Source of the DNA: Nitrospirota bacterium
GTDB taxonomy: Bacteria > Nitrospirota > UBA9217
Direction: 5' to 3'
Length of the DNA: 32,000 nucleotides
Assembly (NCBI GenBank): GCA_020052615.1
Contig: JAGVOT010000122.1
Span: 1-32,000, forward strand
Shown here: one piece after another, positions 19,724 through 27,703 of the stretch
Layout of the letters: every line of letters begins with the position of its first letter
Position numbering within the stretch: the stretch's first letter is position 1
Notes under the pieces: model-generated
What the model was told of the DNA's origin: nothing
What the model saw: the letters and a program-made list of their open reading frames with translations, nothing else
Database searches by the model: none
Position numbers and translations under genes: made by a program

Positions 19724-21079
19724 ATGAGGAAACAAAATGCGTTGGGAACGATCTCTCTGGTAGGATTGATCGGATTCCTGCTCATCATTTTTGCTTTTCC
19801 CGGCCATGGCACGTCCCAGACGCCGGCTCCTGCTTCGGAGAGCTGCGTCAGCGCAAATTGTCACGTCACCATGGGCAAGGAGAAGGTCGTCCATAATCCC
19901 GTAAAGGAAGGCATGTGCACGACCTGCCATCTTGCCGCGGATGATCCTCTCAAGAAGACCAGGCATCCAGGCAATCTTGTCATCTCCCTCGTGCAGCCGG
20001 TGGCGGACCTTTGCACAATGTGTCATGAGCCAAAGAACAAGAAAAAGGTCGTCCATGCGCCGATCCAGGGGGGGGATTGTACGTCCTGTCATAACCCTCA
20101 TCAGTCGCCGAACAAAGGCATGCTGAAGGACGTCATGCCGAATATCTGTTTTCAGTGTCATCCGGACAGCATGGTGAAGCATGCCGTCATGCACCCGCCG
20201 GTGGCGGGAGGGGATTGCTCGGGTTGTCATGACAATCATCAGAGCGATTTTCCCAAACGGCTGGTCAATGAGGGGAACGCCCTCTGTTTCCAGTGTCATC
20301 CCGATAAGGAAGAGGGCCTCAAGACCAGGAAGGTAGCCCACTATCCCGTCAAGCAGTCCTGCACCCAGTGCCACAATCCCCATGGATCGTCCGCGAAGGC
20401 CATGCTCACCGCACCGGTACCGGAGCTTTGTTCAACCTGTCATCCGAACGAAGTGATGCTGCGTCAACGGGCCGCCACCAAGCACGGGCCCATGGCCGAT
20501 CAAAAGAGCTGCCGCATCTGTCATGATCCGCATTTCTCCGATCAGCCGCGGCTTCTCGTCACCTCGCAGATGGCGCTGTGTCTTGCCTGTCATGACAAGG
20601 AGCTCGAGACCGGCAAGGGCAAGGTCATGAACATGAAGGCGTTTCTCGAGGCGAACAAGAACACCCATGGCCCTCTGAAGGGCGACGATTGTGTTTCATG
20701 CCATAATCCGCACGGCTCGGACTACTGGAGGATCCTGGTGAAGTATTATCCCCCGGATTTCTATGCGTCCTACTCCGAGGGGAAGTATGCACTGTGTTTC
20801 TCCTGCCACGATAAGGCGGCATTCACGGAGCGGCGCACGAAAACGGCCACGGGCTTCCGTGATGGTGAACAGAACCTCCATTTCGTTCACGTGAACAAGG
20901 TCAACAAGGGGAGGACGTGCAAAGCCTGTCACGAGGTGCACGCGGACAGCGGACAGAATGCACATGTGAAACAATTCGTTGGATTCAGCGGGTGGGCGAT
21001 GCCCATGAACTTCACGCAGGGCAAGGACGGCGGGACCTGTGCGCCGGGGTGTCATGGGGAAAAACGGTACAACAGGTAA
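19724..21079 (+). CDS. Multihaem c-type cytochrome: 13 CX2CH plus one CX4CH and one CX3CH
   Basis: N-terminal hydrophobic segment LGTISLVGLIGFLLIIFAF; first motif CVSANCH (CX4CH), last motif CAPGCH (CX3CH), 13 canonical CXXCH between them (CTTCH, CTMCH, CTSCH, CFQCH, CSGCH, CFQCH, CTQCH, CSTCH, CRICH, CLACH, CVSCH, CFSCH, CKACH). Confidence 0.94.
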   Translation: MRKQNALGTISLVGLIGFLLIIFAFPGHGTSQTPAPASESCVSANCHVTMGKEKVVHNPVKEGMCTTCHLAADDPLKKTRHPGNLVISLVQPVADLCTMCHEPKNKKKVVHAPIQGGDCTSCHNPHQSPNKGMLKDVMPNICFQCHPDSMVKHAVMHPPVAGGDCSGCHDNHQSDFPKRLVNEGNALCFQCHPDKEEGLKTRKVAHYPVKQSCTQCHNPHGSSAKAMLTAPVPELCSTCHPNEVMLRQRAATKHGPMADQKSCRICHDPHFSDQPRLLVTSQMALCLACHDKELETGKGKVMNMKAFLEANKNTHGPLKGDDCVSCHNPHGSDYWRILVKYYPPDFYASYSEGKYALCFSCHDKAAFTERRTKTATGFRDGEQNLHFVHVNKVNKGRTCKACHEVHADSGQNAHVKQFVGFSGWAMPMNFTQGKDGGTCAPGCHGEKRYNR

Positions 21080-21162
21080 ACGGCGTTTGGCGGTCCTGTC
21101 CAGGCAGGAAAGAATACGTGGGTCCTAATAACAGCGCAGCAGACCGATGTCGGGGGAATAAT

Positions 21163-23124
21163 TTGAACAGACCATGGTCAATCATGATGGCGGCGGCAAT
21201 TGCGCTTACCGTTATCCTCATTGCGTATTCATTCTCGGCGGCCCAACCGGCGACATCACCCTCGATCTCGATCCTGTATCCGAAGCATAATGCCCTGGTC
21301 GGGAAAAAGGTCAATCTCGTCGTTGACCCGGCGACCGACTGGACAGCGGCTCCTTTTCTTCAGGTCGTGGTGGGCAACACCGAATACCCGGTGATCGACA
21401 CATCCGCCGGCCGTCATGCAGTTCAGGGTCTTTCTCTGGAGACGGGATCCAATACGATAACGGTCAGGGTGCTCGCCGTTGTTCCCGGTCCGGATCAGGC
21501 AAAGGGAAACAACCGGGAACAAGAGCAAGCAAAGGATTCTGCGAAAAAGAAGTATACCCAGGTCCTGTCGCGCTCGATTACGGTCTTTAACCGGGAGGGC
21601 AGCTTTGCGACCACTCCGCCGCAATTCACGGCACAACACTTCCATTCACGGGAGCAGGAAGGCGAGTGCTCGGGGTGTCACCGTCTTGAGGCCGAACCGA
21701 AGGATCTCAAGCCGGCGAAGCCTGAAGAGATGCTCTGTTATGCCTGCCACCGCGAGATCCCGACCGGCAGGCACATCCATGGGCCGACGGCGGTCTGGAA
21801 CTGCCTGTCATGCCATAACACCGAGATCTATCCGGTGAAGTACCAGTTCATATCCTACAATCCATGGACGGTCACCAAAACGACGCAGTCCGTGGAGCCT
21901 GCCGTGTTCACCTTGTCCTCTGACGTTCTTTTCAAACCCAAATCGGCCCTGTTCGTGAGCGAAACGTCAACACTTCAGCTCAGCAAGAAAGATCGGAAGA
22001 ACAAAAAGAAGCTTGAGGAGTTTAACAGGGCAAAGGCGGCGGAACTGGCATTAAAGCGCGAACAACAGCGGGAACTTTTTAAGGATTTTCTTGAATTCAT
22101 CAAATTGAATCCAGCGGACAAGATACTGGTCGAGGCCCATGTAGATTCCGGCCATTTTCCGCCCGCAAAAGGGAAGGCGAAGGGATTCAAGAACGATGTG
22201 CAACTGACCGCGGCGCGGGCAAAGGCCCTTGTAAAACTGCTGAAGCATTATGGTGTCGCCGGGAAGAACCGCGTTGCGGCCGCCGGCATGGGCAGCACCC
22301 TGCCGAAGGCGCCCAATACGAGCAAAGAGGGAAGGGAATTGAACAATCGTATTGAGATCGTCGTCTATCCGCCGGACGTCAAGATCAAGAACAGCATGAA
22401 ACTTCCCGTCCTCAAAGACCGGGAGCGGGTGGTCGTAACCATGAGTTATCAGCGGGGTGCCGAGGTCGGAAAACTGGCGGTCACGGAACACCTCCCGAAG
22501 GGATTTCTCTATATGCAGGGGAGCGGGGTATTTCGCGGCGCCATTAAGAACCCGCAGGTCAAAGGAAGCGATCTGACCTGGCAGCTCGGGAATTTCGGCA
22601 CGAATTTCCAGGAGACCCTGTCATTCATCGTTAAAAAAGGGAAAGAGGTCACCGCTCCGTTAAGCCCGGTCGTGAATCTCTCGTTCAAGATCGGTCAAAA
22701 GGACGAGCGATTGACGTTCGATCCGGAAAAGCCGTTCAAACCCGGCCTTACCGTCAAAGAGACCTGCGAAAAGTGCCACATGAGCCTGCTTGCATATCCC
22801 GTCAAGCATGGTCCCGCTGAAGCGGGTCACTGCACGCTTTGCCATGATCCCCATGCCAGCAAGTACCCTTCATGGACCCGTAACCAGTCCTGGCGCCTGT
22901 GCACGACCTGCCACGCTGAGAAAAAGACCGGTGTGCACCTGATCGCGGGCTTTGTTCATGGGGTCTCCCATCCCACGAAAAAATGGCCCGATCCATCACG
23001 GCCGGGAAAGCGCCTCACCTGCGTGAGCTGTCATTCACCGCACAGCTCTCAAACGAAGGAACTCATGGCTTTCGACGTCCGGAACAAATATGAGTCGTGC
23101 AGATATTGCCACGCCCAAAAGTGA
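21163..23124 (+). CDS. Octahaem c-type cytochrome with internal OmpA-like peptidoglycan-binding domain and a DUF11-like beta domain
   Basis: TTG start at 21163 (MNRPWSIMMAAAIALTVILIAYSFSAAQ) behind a GGGGGA SD. CXXCH: CSGCH, CYACH, CLSCH, then OmpA-like domain (FLEFIKLNPADKILVEAHVDSG...NDVQLTAARAKALVKLLKHYGV...NRVAAAGMGSTLP...NNRIEIVVYPP), then DUF11-like LAVTEHLPKGFLYMQGSGVF..., then CEKCH, CTLCH, CTTCH, CVSCH, CRYCH. The supplied ORF upstream of the TTG overlaps the 19724-21079 CDS out of frame. Confidence 0.88.
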   Translation: MNRPWSIMMAAAIALTVILIAYSFSAAQPATSPSISILYPKHNALVGKKVNLVVDPATDWTAAPFLQVVVGNTEYPVIDTSAGRHAVQGLSLETGSNTITVRVLAVVPGPDQAKGNNREQEQAKDSAKKKYTQVLSRSITVFNREGSFATTPPQFTAQHFHSREQEGECSGCHRLEAEPKDLKPAKPEEMLCYACHREIPTGRHIHGPTAVWNCLSCHNTEIYPVKYQFISYNPWTVTKTTQSVEPAVFTLSSDVLFKPKSALFVSETSTLQLSKKDRKNKKKLEEFNRAKAAELALKREQQRELFKDFLEFIKLNPADKILVEAHVDSGHFPPAKGKAKGFKNDVQLTAARAKALVKLLKHYGVAGKNRVAAAGMGSTLPKAPNTSKEGRELNNRIEIVVYPPDVKIKNSMKLPVLKDRERVVVTMSYQRGAEVGKLAVTEHLPKGFLYMQGSGVFRGAIKNPQVKGSDLTWQLGNFGTNFQETLSFIVKKGKEVTAPLSPVVNLSFKIGQKDERLTFDPEKPFKPGLTVKETCEKCHMSLLAYPVKHGPAEAGHCTLCHDPHASKYPSWTRNQSWRLCTTCHAEKKTGVHLIAGFVHGVSHPTKKWPDPSRPGKRLTCVSCHSPHSSQTKELMAFDVRNKYESCRYCHAQK

Positions 23125-23192
23125 TATGCCAACGATGAGGTTTTTGTGGTATACTAATTCCTTGTTGTAGCAAACAACCCTGTTGACTTGAT

Positions 23193-24200
23193 ATGCTCAG
23201 CTGCCGATTACTCATAACGACCCTGCTCATTGCGGTGAGCAGCGCTGGTTGTGCCTTTATTGCCGGCCAGGACGACCCCGGCGCGCCCGGCGAGGGCGTT
23301 AAACACATCCGGCTCAATTATGTCGAGACGCTGAGGAACCAGGCCAGCCTTCGCGGAGAAGGCTTCCTTGACGTTGTTCACACGGCGGGCACTCCGACGA
23401 CCCTCCAGCGGCCCAACAGCGTGTTCGCCGACGCGTTCCGCGTCTATGTGACCGATCAGGCGCAGCCGCCCCGGGTCTTCATCTTCGACCGTGGCGACCG
23501 CACGGCGAGCATCCTTGCCGTCCCCGTCCCGCCCGCCGCAGGATCGCTCGTGAATCCGCTGGGCATTGCGGTGGACATCGACGGCGTCATCTACGTCGCC
23601 GATGCTCAACAGGGAAAGGTATTCGGCTACGACAGGAACGGGGCGCTGCTCCTGACGTTCGGGAAAACCGGCGACCTTGCTTATCCGACGGGAATTGCCA
23701 TCGATAAAAGAAGGAATCGCATCCATATTGCGGATTCCCATGCGCATTTGGTCAAGACCTTTACGATACTGGGAGAACGGCTTTTTGAGATCGGCGTGGC
23801 GGGTCCCGCCGACCAGCGGCCAAAGTCTCCGGCCGGGATCGCCCTCGACGGGGAGGGGAGGATCCACGTTCTCGACAGCCGGTCCCGACGCGTGTTGATC
23901 TATGATCCCGAAGGCAGGTTCATGAGGTCGTTCCCCCTGTCTCGCGGCGGCGCCGGCGACTCGGTGAAGCCCGGGGGGATCGCTGTGGACTCGGCGGGAC
24001 ATATCTATGTGACGGACAGCGTCAATAACAATATCCTCATCTTCGAGTCCGACGGCAGTTTTTTAAGAACTTGGGGCAAAACCGGGAACTTGAAGGGTGA
24101 TTTCTGGTCGCCCCAGGGTCTGTTCATTGACGAACGCGACATGCTCTATGTTGCAGATCAAACCAACAGCCGTGTCCAAGTCTATCAATTCATAAAATGA
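23193..24200 (+). CDS. NHL-repeat (beta-propeller) lipoprotein
   Basis: Lipobox VSSAGC; repeats PNSVFADAFRVYVTD, NPLGIAVDIDGVIYVADAQQGKVFGYD, KPGGIAVDSAGHIYVTDSVNNNILIFESDGSFLRTWG, SPQGLFIDERDMLYVADQTNSRVQVYQFIK. Confidence 0.9.
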   Translation: MLSCRLLITTLLIAVSSAGCAFIAGQDDPGAPGEGVKHIRLNYVETLRNQASLRGEGFLDVVHTAGTPTTLQRPNSVFADAFRVYVTDQAQPPRVFIFDRGDRTASILAVPVPPAAGSLVNPLGIAVDIDGVIYVADAQQGKVFGYDRNGALLLTFGKTGDLAYPTGIAIDKRRNRIHIADSHAHLVKTFTILGERLFEIGVAGPADQRPKSPAGIALDGEGRIHVLDSRSRRVLIYDPEGRFMRSFPLSRGGAGDSVKPGGIAVDSAGHIYVTDSVNNNILIFESDGSFLRTWGKTGNLKGDFWSPQGLFIDERDMLYVADQTNSRVQVYQFIK

Positions 24201-25231
24201 TTGTGAACACGACCCGTCTCAGCGCGTATGCATCGGTAGTTGTTGCGCTTGCATTGATGTTCCTTGCTTCCTGCGGACCTCCCCCCCGGCCACCGGAGCC
24301 GACCGACCTGTTCTGGCCGCTGCCTCCGGATCTTCCGAAAATACAATATGTCAAGTCGATCTACAATGAGGACGATATCGGCCGTGTCTATACGCTGAAG
24401 GAAAAGCTCTTCGGCAAGGATTACTTGGACAGTCTGACCAGGCCGTACGGTGTTCATACGCGGCGCGGCATTATGCTTGTTTCAGACATTTCCCGGCGAA
24501 GGGTGCTTCTCTTCGATCTGGTGAACAAGCGGCTTCGTGTCCTGGGAGACGACGGTGCTATAACGACGCCCGCGTCCGCCGCGACGGACCTCTCCGGAAC
24601 CATCTATGTCGCCGATACCGGCGGGTCCAAGATCGCTGTCTATGGTCCCGATGGGGCCTATCGGACGGCATACATCTTCAAGGGGAGCAGGCTGGTGTCC
24701 GTGGCGCTCAACGAAGCACTGGGACGGGTGTACGCCGTGGACCGTGAGGGCCATCGTGTCGTTGCTTTTGGACTTGATGGACGTCATCATTTTGAGTTCG
24801 GAGGGCGGGGAAGCGCTGACGGGAAGTTCAATTACCCTCTCGATATTACGGTTGCCGCCAACGGCGATGTGTATGTGCTTGACGCGGGCAACTTCCGGGT
24901 GCAGATCTTCTCGGCGGAAGGCAGGTTCCTGTCCAAGTTCGGGTCGGTAGGCGACCGTCCGGGCATGTTCGCCAATCCCAAGGGGATAGCTGTCGATTCC
25001 GAGGGCCATATATACGTGACCGATGCCGCTTTCAGCAACCTTCAGATATTTGATCGTGAGGGGAATGTCCTTCTCTTTATAGGACAACTTGGTCCCCGGC
25101 GGGGTGATTTTCATCTCCCCGGCGGGGTCTCCATTGACGAGAACGATCGGATCTACGTTGCCGATCAAATGAACGGACGAGTCCAGGTGTTCCAGTACCT
25201 GAAAACGCAAGGGTCGACCAGCACGCCATGA
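24197..25231 (+). CDS. NHL-repeat (beta-propeller) lipoprotein, paralogue of the preceding gene
   Basis: Lipobox LASC; repeats GTIYVADTGGSKIAVYGPDG, YPLDITVAANGDVYVLDAGNFRVQIFSAEGRFLSKFG, NPKGIAVDSEGHIYVTDAAFSNLQIFDREG, LPGGVSIDENDRIYVADQMNGRVQVFQYLK; ATGA overlap with the previous gene. Confidence 0.9.
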   Translation: MIVNTTRLSAYASVVVALALMFLASCGPPPRPPEPTDLFWPLPPDLPKIQYVKSIYNEDDIGRVYTLKEKLFGKDYLDSLTRPYGVHTRRGIMLVSDISRRRVLLFDLVNKRLRVLGDDGAITTPASAATDLSGTIYVADTGGSKIAVYGPDGAYRTAYIFKGSRLVSVALNEALGRVYAVDREGHRVVAFGLDGRHHFEFGGRGSADGKFNYPLDITVAANGDVYVLDAGNFRVQIFSAEGRFLSKFGSVGDRPGMFANPKGIAVDSEGHIYVTDAAFSNLQIFDREGNVLLFIGQLGPRRGDFHLPGGVSIDENDRIYVADQMNGRVQVFQYLKTQGSTSTP

Positions 25232-27042
25232 CTCAGAAGAAACCATCCTTCCGGGGGATCATCCAATCGCTCGGTCTTGTCTTCGGCGATATCGGCACGA
25301 GCCCCATTTACACCCTCACGGTCATCTTTATGCTCGCAGAACGGAATGAGAAGAATGTGATCGGTGTTCTTTCACTCATTTTCTGGACACTCATCCTGCT
25401 TGTCACAGTCCAGTACACGTGGCTTGCCATGAGCCTTGGTCGTCGGGGTGAGGGCGGCACGATCGTTCTACGAGAGATTCTCGTCCCTCTTCTGAAATCC
25501 AGTCGCACTGCGGCCTTCGTCACGCTCCTGTCGTTCATAGGGATTTCGCTGATTGTCGGCGATGGCGTGATCACGCCGGCTATCAGTATTCTCTCGGCCG
25601 TGGAAGGTCTGCTCCTGATTCCGGGACTGGAACAGACTCCCCAGACCGCACTCATCTTGATTGCCGGCATCATTGCGATCGTGCTTTTCTCCTTCCAGAA
25701 AAAGGGGACGGATAAGGTTGCCGGCGCTTTTGGACCAATCGTGTTGATATGGTTCCTGGTGTTGTCAGTCTCGGGTGTGGCCGCGATTGTTCGGGTGCCG
25801 GGCGTGGCGAAAGCGATGAACCCCTGGTTCGCCATCCGATTTTTTCTCGACAATGGCGTAGCGGGTTTCTTTGTCCTGTCCGAGGTCATCCTCTGCGCTA
25901 CAGGAGGTGAGGCGCTCTATGCCGACATGGGGCATCTGGGCAGAACGCCTATCGTACGCGCGTGGTCCGGTGTCTTCATCGCGCTAGTGCTGAACTACTT
26001 TGGCCAGGGCGCATTCATCCTGGCAAATCCCGATTCAAAGAACGTGCTGTTCGAAATGGTCTATTCCCAGGCCAGCTTTTTGTACATCCCGTTCCTGCTG
26101 CTGAGCATCATGGCTACGGTCATCGCGTCCCAAGCCATGATCAGCGGCATGTTCTCCATCGTGTACCAGGGCATCGCCACCCGCGTCATGCCCATGTTCA
26201 AGATCGACTATACATCTCGCGAGCGCCAGTCACAGATCTACATCGGGGTTGTCAACTGGTTCCTGCTGCTGGCCGTCCTGTTCATCATGTTCGAGTTCCA
26301 AAAATCGAGCAACCTGGCAGCGGCTTACGGACTTGCCGTGACCGGCACTATGACGATCACCGGAGTTATGATGATCGGGATTTATTCCCTGCGACGGAAA
26401 TTCTTCCGTGCGGGCGTTGCGTTCTTCGTGACGATTGTGTCGGTCGCCTACTTCATCTCCAACACCTACAAGATTCCGCACGGAGGCTACTGGTCGCTCA
26501 TCATTGCAGCGATACCGTTCAGCATGATCATGCTGTACACGCGGGGGCAGAAGAAGCTCTACAATGCCCTCCAGCCGCTGCCGCTGGACGTGTTCCTGCC
26601 GAGCTACAACCAGATCTACAAGGCGGTGAACAAGATCAGCGGTACGGCCCTCTTCTTCGCCAAGGACGCGAAAGAGGTCCCTCCCTATGTCGTTCATACC
26701 ATGTTCAAGAACAACATTCTCTATGAGGACAATATCATCGTATCCATTGTCCGGCGGGACGACCCGTTCGGCGTGACCGGTTATTTCAAGGAGGAGATTG
26801 CCCCCGGGCTCCGGTCGTTCGAGATCCAGGTGGGCTACATGGAGATCCCTGATGTGGAAGAGATCCTGCGGGAGGCCGACATCCGGGAGAAGACCATCTT
26901 CTACGGCGTCGAGGACATCACGGCAACGAATATCTGCTGGCAGGCTTTCTCGGTCATCAAAAAACTGACGCCGAACATCGTCCAGTTCTTCAAGCTCCCG
27001 GCCAACAAACTGCATGGCGTGGTGACGAGGGTGGAGATGTGA
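25228..27042 (+). CDS. kup: KUP-family potassium uptake transporter
   Basis: SLGLVFGDIGTSPIYTLTVIF, RRGEGGTIVL, ISLIVGDGVITPAISILSAVEG, EVILCATGGEALYADMGHLG, NYFGQGAFIL, GLAVTGTMTITG; ATGA overlap with the NHL lipoprotein gene. Confidence 0.96.
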   Translation: MTQKKPSFRGIIQSLGLVFGDIGTSPIYTLTVIFMLAERNEKNVIGVLSLIFWTLILLVTVQYTWLAMSLGRRGEGGTIVLREILVPLLKSSRTAAFVTLLSFIGISLIVGDGVITPAISILSAVEGLLLIPGLEQTPQTALILIAGIIAIVLFSFQKKGTDKVAGAFGPIVLIWFLVLSVSGVAAIVRVPGVAKAMNPWFAIRFFLDNGVAGFFVLSEVILCATGGEALYADMGHLGRTPIVRAWSGVFIALVLNYFGQGAFILANPDSKNVLFEMVYSQASFLYIPFLLLSIMATVIASQAMISGMFSIVYQGIATRVMPMFKIDYTSRERQSQIYIGVVNWFLLLAVLFIMFEFQKSSNLAAAYGLAVTGTMTITGVMMIGIYSLRRKFFRAGVAFFVTIVSVAYFISNTYKIPHGGYWSLIIAAIPFSMIMLYTRGQKKLYNALQPLPLDVFLPSYNQIYKAVNKISGTALFFAKDAKEVPPYVVHTMFKNNILYEDNIIVSIVRRDDPFGVTGYFKEEIAPGLRSFEIQVGYMEIPDVEEILREADIREKTIFYGVEDITATNICWQAFSVIKKLTPNIVQFFKLPANKLHGVVTRVEM

Positions 27043-27373
27043 TTATAGTAGAACAATTTGCGAACTAAAAAAAGGCTTCAATGAAGCGATAAAGGTAGTT
27101 TAAAAGAACGAATTATATGTTATGCAAGCCTTCTCTTGATCGCAATTCTGCTTTTGATCGTATCCTTATCCGCAGCTAAATAGAAGCGCCTACTTCTGGT
27201 ATACACGTCCCTCCCCAAAGTAAAAGCCCTAATTGAAAATACGGTAATTCCTGGTGTCGTGTTTACGCCATGTAGCCCTTTAGTTTTTTCCTCGCATTGC
27301 AATAATCTGTTCACTATGATACATTTTATAAAAGGAAACGCAGTGTCACGACGACAATAATGAAGAAACGGAC

Positions 27374-27703
27374 ATGAACACGTTCGATGTCACGAGCAAG
27401 GTATCCCTGTCGGGAGAGTACATCCCCGGCGCCGGGCAGACGGGCAGTCATGCCTGTTATCTCATCTACGGGGTACTGAAGGCAGGCGAGCGGGGGAGAG
27501 TGATCAAGCCCGGGAGAGGGCACGAGGAGATCATCCTTGTTCTCCGCGGCGATATTTCCTCGCGTGGGCACTTTACGGGCGCGCTCAGGCAGGGACAAGC
27601 GCTCCATCTCCGGGGCGAGGAATCCTGCCTGCTTGATAATCCGGGCGATGGTGAAGCCGTCCATGTCATTGCAGGAGGCCACGCTGAAGGAGAACATCAT
27701 TGA
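27374..27703 (+). CDS. Small cupin-like protein
   Basis: 109 aa; GAGQTGSHACYLIYGVLKAGERGRVIKPGRGHEEIILVLRGDISSRG...LRQGQALHLRGEESCLLDNPGDGEAVHVIAGGHAEGEH resembles a metal-binding cupin barrel; 4-nt overlap with the next gene. Confidence 0.75.
   Translation: MNTFDVTSKVSLSGEYIPGAGQTGSHACYLIYGVLKAGERGRVIKPGRGHEEIILVLRGDISSRGHFTGALRQGQALHLRGEESCLLDNPGDGEAVHVIAGGHAEGEHH

Noticed and set aside
20917-21162. N-terminal extension of the OmpA-cytochrome ORF in the supplied track
   Set aside because: It overlaps the preceding cytochrome gene out of frame; a TTG start at 21163 with GGGGGA SD leads directly into a signal peptide.
27063-27080. GCTTCAATGAAGC hairpin downstream of kup as a terminator
   Set aside because: Five-bp stem with no following T run; too weak to call.
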